The notes under the pieces: model-generated | What the model was told of the DNA's origin: nothing | Database searches by the model: none | Seen by the model: only the letters and a program-made list of their open reading frames with translations | Position numbers and translations under genes: made by a program | Shown: positions 42,513 through 53,892 of the stretch, in pieces | Numbering within the stretch: the first letter of the stretch is position 1 | Layout: each line of letters opens with the position of its first letter | Origin: Octopus sinensis | Lineage: Eukaryota | Direction: 5' to 3' | Assembly: GCF_006345805.1 (NCBI RefSeq) | Contig: NW_021830451.1 | Coordinates: forward strand, 1 to 64,000 | DNA length: 64,000 nt

Positions 42513-42561
42513 AGGCTTGCTGAAGAGTACAGAAGTACGAAATCACAGGTGATACAAGTCT
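42513..42561 (+). ncRNA. Type I hammerhead ribozyme, unit 1
   Basis: AGGCUUG-CUGAAGA-GUAC(AGAA)GUAC-GAAA-UCAC(AG)GUGA-UA-CAAGUCU; complete core and three stems. Confidence 0.92.
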
Positions 42562-42971
42562 ATATTTCTTAAATGTCTTGCTTTGAAAGATTGCATTCGG
42601 TGGGATTAGTAAAATTTTTGGTAGAAATGACTTTTTGTCCCTCTTAGCGTGTGGCATCTATGTATAATAATGCCCTCTATATATAAATTAATATGTTCAA
42701 TGAGAAAAAAAATTATTTTCGAAATTTTTCTCTTATGAGGTTTTTCACGCTATCTACCCGATAATTTCTTATTAAGATTCCTTATTAAGAAGTTGTCCTT
42801 AATTGCTAAATAATTTTATTCCGAAAAAACTTTTCCTATCCGAAATGCAATTCGAAGAAGCCTGCCATTTACCGGATGTAATATATGTAAACTCCCCCAT
42901 GTGCTTCGTTGACGTTGAACAGTTAGCTGCTTGGCTTCGATGGGACAGGATCGTTTATTTATGATACGTTC

Positions 42972-43020
42972 AGGCTTGCTGAAGAGTACAGAAGTACGAA
43001 ATCACAGGTGATACAAGTCT
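42972..43020 (+). ncRNA. Type I hammerhead ribozyme, unit 2
   Basis: Identical to unit 1. Confidence 0.92.
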
Positions 43021-43425
43021 ATATTTCTTAAATGTCTTGCTTTGAAAGATTGCATTCGGTGGGATTAGTAAAATTTTTGGTAGAAATGACTTTTTGTCCC
43101 TCTTAGCGTGTGGCATCTATGTATAATAATGCCCTCTATATATAAATTAATATGTTCAATGAGAAAAAATTATTTTCGAAATTTTTCTCTTATGAGGTTT
43201 TTCACGCTATCTACCCGATTATTTTTATTAAGATTCCTTATTAAGAAGTTGTCCTTAATTGCTAAATAATTTTTTCCGAAAAAACTTTTCCTATCCGAAA
43301 TGCAATTCGAAGAAGCCTGCCATTTACCGGATGTAATATATGTAAACTCCCCCATGTGCTTCGTTGACGTGAACAGTTAGCTGCTTGGCTTCGATGGGAC
43401 AGGATCGTTTATTTATGATACGTTC

Positions 43426-43474
43426 AGGCTTGCTGAAGAGTACAGAAGTACGAAATCACAGGTGATACAAGTCT
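43426..43474 (+). ncRNA. Type I hammerhead ribozyme, unit 3
   Basis: Identical to unit 1. Confidence 0.92.
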
Positions 43475-43746
43475 ATATTCTTAAATGTCTTGCTTTGAAA
43501 GATTGCATTCGGTGGGATTAGTAAAATTTTTGGTAGAAATGACTTTTTGTCCCTCTTAGCGTGTGGCATCTAGTATAATATGCCCCCTCTATATATAAAT
43601 TAATATTCAATGAGAAAAAAAATTATTTTCGAAATTATTCTCTTATGAGGTTTTTCACGCTATCTACCCGATAATTTCTTATTAAGATTCCTTATTAAGA
43701 AGTTGTCCTTAATTGCTATATATATATATATATATATATATACATA

Positions 43747-44799
43747 CGCGTGGTCTGATCAGTAAATGTCCGGACTGTTGCTATAGTAACGAAGCTAAAG
43801 CACACAGAAGTAAAGTCGCCTGGTACAGATTGACCATTAACGCTGCTGTGCATGCACACTAAGTTTTATAGTTCTAGCTCATTTCCACCGTTTACAACAG
43901 TGCTTGGAAGGAAGGTGTGTAACGTTTGATCGTGGCTTTGACCATGACAGAAGTTGAACAGATAATCTACATCACATTTTGCCAAAAGCGTGGTGATACC
44001 TGCTCAAAGTTTACAAAATTTTTCATCGTTCCCGATCCAAATAAAATCCTGTACAACTGAAGCCCGATTGTCTTTTTGGTCTGCTAAAAGCAGTTTTGGC
44101 ACAATCTTGACAAACACGCACCTCATACCCAAATCTTTAGTAATAATGGACTTAGTTGAACCGTAACCAATCTGCACCTTCTCTGACGACTCAAGATTTC
44201 CTCTTACAGCTGCATGCACATAGATGGTTTTCTCAGTTCTGTTGGTTGCAGGTCTCCCTGAACGTTCATCAATACCGGCATTTTGTCGGCCATCTTGGAA
44301 ACGGCTGAAACATTTGTACACTTGTGTGCGGCTCATAAATTCCTCTGCATACACTCTCTGCAACTGTGCATAGGCCTTTGAGCAGGTATCGCCATCACAA
44401 CTTTCCCTGCCATGATCAATGAGACGATCAAACGCGACACACCTTCCTTCCAGGCTTTGCTGTAAACAGCGGAAATGAGATATAACGTTAAATCTTAGTG
44501 CGCATGCACGGCAGAGATCAAGGTCAATCTCTGCCAAGCAGGTTGATTCTGCATGCTTTAGGTCCGTTACTATGGCAACAATTTTATTCTTTTACTTGTT
44601 TCAGTTATTTTGATTGCGGCCATGCTGGAGTACTACCGTTTTAGTCGGGCAAATCGACCCCAAGACTTTAATTTTTGTAAGTCTAGTACCTAGTACTTAC
44701 TCTATCGGTCTCTTTTCCCGAACCGCTAGTTACAGGGACGTAAAAACACCAGCATCGGTCGTCAAGCGATGTCGGGGCGACCAAACAACAGACACACAA

Positions 44800-44884
<85 letters not shown>

Positions 44885-45090
44885 ACACACATATATACAA
44901 CGGCCTTCTTTCAGGTTTCCGTCTACCAAATCCACTCACAAGGCTTTAGTCGGCCTGAGGTCATAGTAGAAGACACTAGCCCAAAGTGCCACCGCAGTGA
45001 CACTGAACCCTGAACCATGTGGTTGGTAATCAAGCTACTTACCACACAGCCACTCCTGTACCAATCTGGATACTTATTGATCATACCTCG
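43747..45090. mobile_element. Mariner-derived element made of two inverted 5' ends, interrupted by a SINE
   Basis: 43747-44013 (+) mirrors 44375-44580 plus 45062-45090 (-); minus ORF MSRTQVYKCFSRFQDGR...DERSGRP...DLGMRCVFVKIVPKLL; TA-flanked. Confidence 0.85.
44584..45059 (-). mobile_element. SINE family B inserted in the mariner terminal region
   Basis: Full-length copy splits the TIR-proximal sequence; caat flanks both sides. Confidence 0.9.
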
Positions 45091-45939
45091 TATATATTAA
45101 TGTATATGTATATGGATGTTCATATGTGCGTACGAAAAAAATGTTGTTGCTACGTGGAGCATCAGGCTTACAAAGATACTGTATAACTATGATAAAACAT
45201 GATATGTAACTACTTTTTCGACGACGTTAAAAATAGCACATCCCATTAGTCATCGTATAAATGATGTTCATTTGTTTACTTATAAAATAATAGTGTTCAT
45301 TATAAAGACTTAGATACACATTTGTTTCATCAAAATACAATATATTTTATGATGTATATACACGTCAGTATTATCACTGGCTTCATATACATCAGCTGGA
45401 ATCAATAATGTGCCAATAATTATGATTTTTCATAACCTCTTGCGCGTTAATCTTGCATTTTCTGACACTTAGCAAAGCTGATTATAAGGAAAATTCAATA
45501 ATAATTATTAGAGAGAGAGAGAGAGAGAGAGATAGATAGAGAGGGGGGGGAAACTGCGTCAGGAAGGCTTAGGTTAAGAATTCAATGGTATACAAAAGTA
45601 TATACAAGAATTGCATTAGCTCATGTACACTAACAAACGCATTTATGGCTACTAATCTTGTGTGCGTATAAGAGAGAGAGAGTGTATATATATATGTGGG
45701 TCTGTTCGAACGGGGTCTACTACTACTTTTTAAGTCTAAGAGGACATCCCTTTTAGTTGGTCAAAAATGCAAATTGCGAGAAGGCGAGCGAAGCCCGATA
45801 TATTCGAGTGGTGGGACCAGTAGACCAGGTCTGTTTTGGGTTCTTCTTGCCCTACTCATGAATGGACCCTCGACTCTGCCTGTCTATCTCTCTGTCTCTG
45901 TCTCTCTCTCTCTGTATATATATATATTATATATATATA

Positions 45940-45982
<43 letters not shown>

Positions 45983-45990
45983 TATATATG

Positions 45991-46021
<31 letters not shown>

Positions 46022-46069
46022 GTGTGTGTGTGTGTTGTATAGTAATATATAAGTATATATGCATCCATT

Positions 46070-46248
46070 AAAAAAAACAAAAGACGAAGACAGGTGGTGT
46101 GGCACAACAAACAGATGTATTAGTTTAACGCTCGGAAAGTGAAAAAGTCTTTAACGTTTCGAACTTACGCTCTTCCACAGAAAGGAACTCTGAATGAAAC
46201 AAAGAGAAAAATAAAGAATGTGTAGTGGCTAGCGATCTATCATGGCGA
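46070..46248 (-). repeat. Repeat with a minimal HHR variant at 46149-46184
   Basis: Minus: CUUU-CUGUGGA-AGAGCGUAAGUUC-GAAA-CG-UU-AAAG. Confidence 0.75.
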
Positions 46249-46271
46249 ATATGTATATGTATTATATATAT

Positions 46272-46304
<33 letters not shown>

Positions 46305-46589
46305 TGTATGTATATATATATATATATATATGGTATACATATATTTATATATATGTATATATGTATATATACTTATATATATACATGCATGTACGTATGT
46401 ATGTAAACATGTATGCATGTATGCATGTATGTATTTATGTATGTATGTATATAGAGAATGGACTAAAGACCGTGTATCGAAATGTTCTAAAGTGTGCGGA
46501 ATTCTATAGCAGGTACGTTAGTTTTTTTTAATTGATTGAAAACCAATGAGTACACTTGTAATTATACTGATGCGGCGCAACTGAATACT

Positions 46590-46712
46590 ACTACTACTAC
46601 ACTACTACTACTACTACTACTACTACTAATATATAATAATAATAATAATAATATATAATAATGATAATAATAATAATAATAATATAATAATAATAATAAT
46701 ATAATAATAATA

Positions 46713-46757
<45 letters not shown>

Positions 46758-46840
46758 GTAACAATAATAATAGTAACAATAATAATAATAATAATAATAT
46801 AATATAATAATAATAATAGTAACAATAATATAATAGTAAC

Positions 46841-46876
<36 letters not shown>

Positions 46877-47102
46877 TATTATATTATTATAATCCTTTGC
46901 ACTTTCGAAACAAAACCTGAATTGGGTGGGAGGGGGTGCCAGTCAATCAGATCGACTTCAGTATGCAACTGGTGTTTAATTTAACGACCTTGAAGGAATG
47001 AAAGGCAAAGTGGAATTTGAACAGCGGAATTTGAACTAAGCCGTTCGCCCGGCATACCAACGATTCTCCCAGCTCGCCACGATATTAGTAATAATAATAA
47101 TG

Positions 47103-47138
<36 letters not shown>

Positions 47139-47179
47139 GTAACAATAATAATAATAATAATAATAATGATAATAATAAT

Positions 47180-47211
<32 letters not shown>

Positions 47212-47441
47212 ATTATTATTATTATTATTATAATCCTTTGCACTTTCGAAACAAAACCTGAATTGGGTGGGAGGGGGTGCCAGTCAATCAGATCGACTCC
47301 AGTATGCAACTGGTGTTTAATTAACGACCTTGAAGGAATGAAAGGCAAAGTGGAATTTGAACAGTGGAATTTGAACTAAGCCGTTCGCGCGGCATACCCA
47401 CGATTCTCCCAGCTCGCCACAATATAGTAATAATAATGATG

Positions 47442-47489
<48 letters not shown>

Positions 47490-47539
47490 TAATATAATAA
47501 ATAATAATAATAATAGTAACAATAATAATAATAGTAACA

Positions 47540-47579
<40 letters not shown>

Positions 47580-47602
47580 GTAACAATAATAATAATAGTA
47601 AC

Positions 47603-47647
<45 letters not shown>

Positions 47648-47879
47648 TATTATTATTATAATCCTTTGCACTTTCGAAACAAAACCTGAATTGGGGGTGG
47701 GCGGGGGTGCAGTCAATCAGATCGACTTCAGTATGCAACTGGTGTTTAATTTAACGACCTTGAAGGAAAGAAATGAAAGGCAAAGTGGAATTTGAACAGC
47801 GGAATTTGAACTAAGCCGTTCGCCGGATACCAACGATTCTCCCAGCTCGCCACGATATTAGTAATAATAATAATGATAA

Positions 47880-47913
<34 letters not shown>

Positions 47914-47943
47914 GTAACAATAATAATCATAATAATAATAATG

Positions 47944-47990
<47 letters not shown>

Positions 47991-48236
47991 TATTATTATT
48001 ATTATTATAATCCTTTGCACTTTCGAAACAAAACCTGAATTGGGTGGGAGGGGGGGTGCCAGTCAATCAGATCGACTCCAGTATGCAACTGGTGTTTAAT
48101 TTAACGACCTGGAAGGAATGAAAGGCAAAGTGGAATTTGAACAGTGGAATTTGAACTAAGCCGTTCGCGCGGCATACCCACGATTCTCCCAGCTCGCCCA
48201 ATATTAGTAATAATAATGATGATAATAATAAGATAA

Positions 48237-48293
<57 letters not shown>

Positions 48294-48325
48294 TAATAAT
48301 GATAATAATAATAATATAATAAATA
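46590..48325 (-). repeat. Tandem array of four SINE-A copies separated by (AAT)n
   Basis: SINE copies at about 46890-47080, 47232-47420, 47660-47853 and 48009-48199, all sharing an internal ggaatttgaac duplication. Confidence 0.92.
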
Positions 48326-48459
48326 AACATATATAACCATACAAACATACATATATATTTACATATATATATATATATATATATCTATATTATATATATA
48401 TATATATTATATATATATATATCTGTAAATGTAATATATGACAATTATTCGGTAGCCAT

Positions 48460-48521
48460 GATAAAACTCCGAGTTTCGGATTCCGAGGTGGACAAAACAC
48501 GTTGCCATCTCTTCAGTTATC
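48460..48521 (-). ncRNA. Type I hammerhead ribozyme, same family as 17894
   Basis: GAUAA-CUGAAGA-GAU...AUC-C-GAAA-CUC(G)GAG-UU-UUAUC. Confidence 0.7.
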
Positions 48522-49689
48522 CGGCCATCTGAAAAATGCTAATTCGAAGACTACAGATCCTAATCATCACTGGTACGGCAAAAATCGGCAAAACTATTTG
48601 CAAGTTTATATATATATATATATATATATGTATTAATTATAAGGGGTAAAATCAACAATAACTTTACCAGGTAGCCAGGGCGGAAATAAAAACCTTATAG
48701 GCAAACTTTACAAACTATTTTATACAGAATTATAGCAAGGGTTCGGATATTATGCCTCACCAAGCACCGTCAGAAATAGACGCTAAATCCTTTTTACTAC
48801 CTTAAAATCTCCGAGAATGACACATTTTATGGTAGGCAAGCAAAAAAAAAAAAATAATGAACCAATAAGCCTGGTTAACTTTGGACGCGTTTCTAACTTA
48901 AGTGAAAAATAATTTTACTTACTGTTACTTACTTTTACTCGCAAGTATTTCAAAATATGCACACGATCAGCGACATCATATGTCCGATATCTATCAACAC
49001 TCGCAAAAATATACTGCCGAGTATAATTCCTATCATTCTTTTATACACACGTATGTGTTAAGGTCTAGACCGCAGTAAATGCAGTTTCGATCATGGAGTG
49101 AATTTATTGAAATATTATTATAATAATAAAGAGTAAAATCAGTAATAATTTAACCTGGTGGCCAGTGCAGATCGCGGGCATATTTTGAAAGACAGTGGTT
49201 GAATTTGTTTTATTCTTCTGAACTGTTTAATGCTTTTCTTCGTTTATCAGGTGTTTTGATATTATTGTTTGTTGGGTTTTGAACACTTTTAAAAAAAAAA
49301 AGTCTGCCTGTATAATTCTGAATACATCGGACGAAATGTCTTCCAATTGAAGATGAAAATGACTAATACATACATACATACATACAGACATACATACATA
49401 CAGATTAAAAGATCAGATTTCTACCTGTAATTATGGGGTCCTGAGATATGCAACACACTGCCCAAAAAAACAATCTTGGGAGAAAGCTAATTCGAAGACT
49501 ACAGATCCAATCCATCACTGCTACTGTAAAAATCTGTAAAATCTTTCACAAGTTTATCATTTAAATACAAATGAGCATGTCACGATATGCGACTATATGC
49601 ATGAGGATACCTGTATAAAACATACAAATTTGCACATAGATATATACATACATACATGCATACATAAATACATACATGCATGCATGCAT

Positions 49690-49871
49690 ACATACATGCA
49701 TGCATACATACATACATACATACATACATACATACATACATACATACATACATACATACATACATACATACATACATACATACATACATACATACATACA
49801 TACATACATACATACATACATACATACATACATACATACATACATACATACATACATACATACATACATAC
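49690..49871. repeat. (CATA)n microsatellite
   Basis: Directly visible. Confidence 0.97.
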
Positions 49872-49985
49872 AAATAAAAATGCCCTGTTGTTGATGTTGA
49901 AATTCCAGTGAAGAAATCTTGGATCTAGGTTAGAAACCAATTCTTTCTCTATTAGTAATAAATCTTAAAATATACTGACTAATGC
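49872..49985 (+). repeat. Short dispersed repeat following (CATA)n; second copy at 52802-52905
   Basis: ccctgttg.tg.t.ttgaaattcca.tgaag.a..cttg...taggtta.aa in both copies. Confidence 0.7.
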
Positions 49986-50211
49986 TTTATAAGTTCCAAA
50001 TGTGAATTTGCCTGTGTTAACTACTTCCCAAAGATGGAGTTTGTATCTTTATTTTAAACAGGCTCTCTCCTCAGTGAAAGATTTATAATAATTAGAAAAT
50101 AGAGGATACATACATACATACATACATGCATACATACATACATGCATACATACACACATATATGCATACATACGTACCTGTATTATGCGTGTCTATGGGT
50201 GTGTTTATATA

Positions 50212-50244
50212 CAGAGTGATTCAGAAATATACGTACATACATAC

Positions 50245-50308
<64 letters not shown>

Positions 50309-50650
50309 GCGTGCGTGCGTGCGTGTGTGTGTGTATGTATATATGTATAAAGGAACCACATTTGAAAACTAGTCTTGTAGAAAAATATTAACAATTCGAA
50401 CAATAGATAGATATTTTATACGTCAACATACGAGCCCCAATTGTCAATAAAAATTTGAAATCTGTCACGTAAACTTTGAATAGCATTTTGACACCTCTAA
50501 AGTGTTATGAAACCTGCCTCTGCTTCAAGGAATTCACTTAAATCCTTTATTTTTTCCATTTGTTGCATTCTCTACAATCACTGACAGTTTTTCGACCAAC
50601 ACTTTCCTCTCTGGTATACCGCATTATGACTTGTACAAAATTCCTGTGAA
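50212..50650 (-). mobile_element. Possible Tc1/mariner 3' remnant
   Basis: Minus frame EFLEAEAGFITL*RCQNAIQSLRDRFQIFIDNWGSYVD resembles a transposase C-terminus; TA-cagagtgattcag TIR-like end. Confidence 0.4.
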
Positions 50651-51976
50651 GCAACAGAGTGAAAATATGAAAACAAAACATAAAAACGACACACCACATA
50701 TTGCTTAATATATTAATGAAAAATATATATACTTTTGGTTTCATATACGACAGTCATTTCATTTGAAACAGCGCATGTCCTTTTATTCCCTTATTCCTTT
50801 ATACTCTTTCTTGTTTCACATATTACACTACGGCCATACAGGAGCACCACATTGAATGATTTAAGGAATCAATCGAGCTCCTTACTCGTTAAAATGACGG
50901 ATCCTTATTATATTGATGACTTTCGACATGAAGATAAATTATGAGGTCACAAGTAAAAGAAAATATGTCGAGGGTAGAAGCAGAGTGGGGAATACACACA
51001 ATGATAAAGATGGTCTCTCTCACACATACATACATACTTATACGTATGTGTGTGTATCTCTTTGCCTGTCTATCTGTCTTCCCTTCACTATCTGGTGTCC
51101 ATTGACGGATCTGGAGTCTATAGCCGGTGGGGCAATAGGTGCACTGGGGCTATACAAGAGTGTCGTTGATTGACTCGTGTTTTATTCACTCAGCCGCTTG
51201 TGAATGTATCCATAACTGGAGGTCAAATAGGTACTTAGTTTATAAAAACCAAGAACATAGAAAATGAACTTTTTCCGAACAAAAAAAAACAAACAAACAG
51301 AGAAACGAGACATACAACGTAGAGAACGTTCTCTTCATCAGTTGTTTTATCTACTCCGCGTTTCGAAAATAAGGACAAAACGCGACTTCGTTAAAACAGT
51401 CCTTCCCGCAAAGCAAATTAAATAAAATTTGTGATTTTTACGGAGGGTGAAAGTGATAACAAAAACAGGACAGTGAGAATAAAGCAGTAAAAACAAAGAG
51501 TGAGGGCTGTTAAGCCAAGACGATGTGAAGAGCTGAACGGTGGAAAAACGAGCTTTGAGAAGAGACAGATAAAATCACGTCTTGTCTGTAGGAAGGAAGT
51601 GGAAGAAAGAATGGTCGTTAGTCACGTGTGAGCAACGAGAGAGTGAAGGAAGGAAAAAAAATGAGAGAGAGAGAGAGAGAGAAGGGGGAACGGTGAAGGG
51701 GAGAGGAGAAGAAAAGGGAAAGGGTGGGAGAGAAAAACAGAAAGGAAGAACAAGAGAGGGAGATGGACTGAAAACACATAAAATAAGTGTGCGCATCGTA
51801 ATTATTAAGATAAAACTTACATGGAAAAGGATGCGTGGCGTTCGATCATATAATAATATAATAATAAAATTTAATTCAGGTAAAGTGAATTTGAAGTCTT
51901 ACAGCTGTTTCTGGATATTCAAAATGATAGGCTGGCGTGTCCGTCAATGGGCAGCAAAAATCGGCAAAATTTTCCG

Positions 51977-52366
51977 GGAGTGGCTGTGTGGTAAGTAGCT
52001 TGTTTACCAACCACATGGTTCCGGGTTCAGTGGCACCTTGGGCAAGTGTCTTCTACTGTAGCCTCGAGCCGACCAAAGTCTTGTGAGTGTATTTGGTAGA
52101 CGGAAACTGAAAGAAGCCCGTCGTATATATGTATATGTATATATGCGTGTGTGTGTTTGTGTGTCTGTGTTTGTCCCCCTAGCATTGCTTGACAACCGAT
52201 GCTGGTGTGTTTATGTCCCCGTTACTTAGCTGTTCGGCAAAAGAGACTGATAGAATAAGTACTGGGCTTACAAAAGAATAAGTCCCGGGGTCGAGTTGCT
52301 CGATTAAAGGCGGTGCTCCAGCATGGCCGCAGTCAAATGACTGAAACAAGTAAAAGAGTAAAGAGT
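51977..52366 (+). mobile_element. SINE family B
   Basis: Near-consensus full-length copy. Confidence 0.92.
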
Positions 52367-52570
52367 AAGTCTATCCTTTAGTTATGAGCATATCTAGATA
52401 TGCAACAATATGCATGAAAATAGGTACATAAAGCTAATCATACAAATCTACGCATATACATACATAAATTTACACATACATAATACATACATACATACAT
52501 GCATACATACATACTTACATACATACATACATACAAACATACATACATAGGTACGTACATACAAAAATAG

Positions 52571-52801
52571 GGCGGCGAGCTGGCAGAAACGTTAGCACGC
52601 CGGGCGGAATGCGTAGCCGTATTTCGTCTGTCGTATTTCGTCTGAGTTCGAATTCCGCCGAGGTCGACTTTGCCTTTCATCCTTTCGGGGTCGACAAATA
52701 AAGTACCAGTTTCCCACTGGAGTCGATGTAATCGACTTAATTCCTTTGTCTGTCCTTGTTTGTCCCCTCTATGTTTAGCCCCTTGTGGGCAGTAAAGAAA
52801 T
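52571..52801 (+). mobile_element. SINE family A with a 14-bp TSD
   Basis: Full monomer; tacatacaaaaata on both sides. Confidence 0.92.
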
Positions 52802-53136
52802 ACATACAAAAATACCCTGTTGATGTTATTGAAATTCCAATGAAGGAGCCTTGAAATAGGTTAAAAAGCGGCTCTTTATTGGCAAGAAAGCTTGAAATAA
52901 AATGATAAAATAAGAACGAATTGAGCCCTGGGGGGTCGATTCAATCGAGTTACCCCTCCCTGAAATTGCTGGCCACTTGCTAAAATTCGAAACCAATACT
53001 ACTCAATCATTAATATTTATATCGAAGCACCATTTTTTCTGAACTACGTGTTATTGAGACGATCGTAATGGAAGAATAAATCTAATACCATAACCTTTTA
53101 AAGACATTATGTGTGTATGTATTTGTTTTTATATGC

Positions 53137-53186
<50 letters not shown>

Positions 53187-53198
53187 ATATATGTGTGT

Positions 53199-53233
<35 letters not shown>

Positions 53234-53630
53234 TGTATGTATGTATATATGTATATAGATGCCCTCACACTGTGGTGTGTAAGGAAGAGATGAATATCTC
53301 TGGAAAATTTCTTTTTGTCAGTGTCTTATTCCTGATGAACGTAGACAGAAAACACAAGTGGATAGAAAGCCTGATATGAACGAAGGAACGAAAGAATGAC
53401 ACGAGAAAGAAATGTTAAGCGGATGAATTCGAAATCACTAGAGATGCTTGTGAATGGCGTGTTCTGACTGTAAAATGTGACAGATTCACTTCTCATTCAA
53501 TTAAATATCAAACAAAATTATTAATAACATATATTATTAGATTGTAGTGTATTATATTATGACTATATTATTGTGTGTTCTTGTGTATCAGTTTATTTTA
53601 TATTAAGTTCATGTGTTAATAATAATAATA

Positions 53631-53694
<64 letters not shown>

Positions 53695-53855
53695 TAATAA
53701 TAATAATAATAATATAAACCAAATATATATATAAATATGTATATATTGATATGTTGAATAGAAATAGATTCTCGCATTTTACACATTGCAATACAATTCA
53801 TCGGCCATGTTAATTGATTTGAATTTTCCCTGTTTTATTATTATTATTATTATTA

Positions 53856-53890
<35 letters not shown>

Positions 53891-53892
<2 letters not shown>

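Larger units (their letters stand above)
42226..43718 (+). repeat. Tandem array of ~459-bp units (about 3.3 copies), one HHR per unit; retrozyme-like
   Basis: Units start near 42226, 42684, 43141 and 43596; non-coding; flanked by (TA)n. Confidence 0.95.

Noticed and set aside
48875-49100. Half-hammerheads on minus (GAAA-CGCG-UC; GAAA-CUGCA..UGCGG-UC)
   Set aside because: The CUGANGA half is missing; at most truncated remnants.
51320-51400. Minus-strand GAAACGCG...CUGAUGA as a hammerhead; similar CUGAUGA near 1750
   Set aside because: No NUH site after stem III and no closing stems could be formed.
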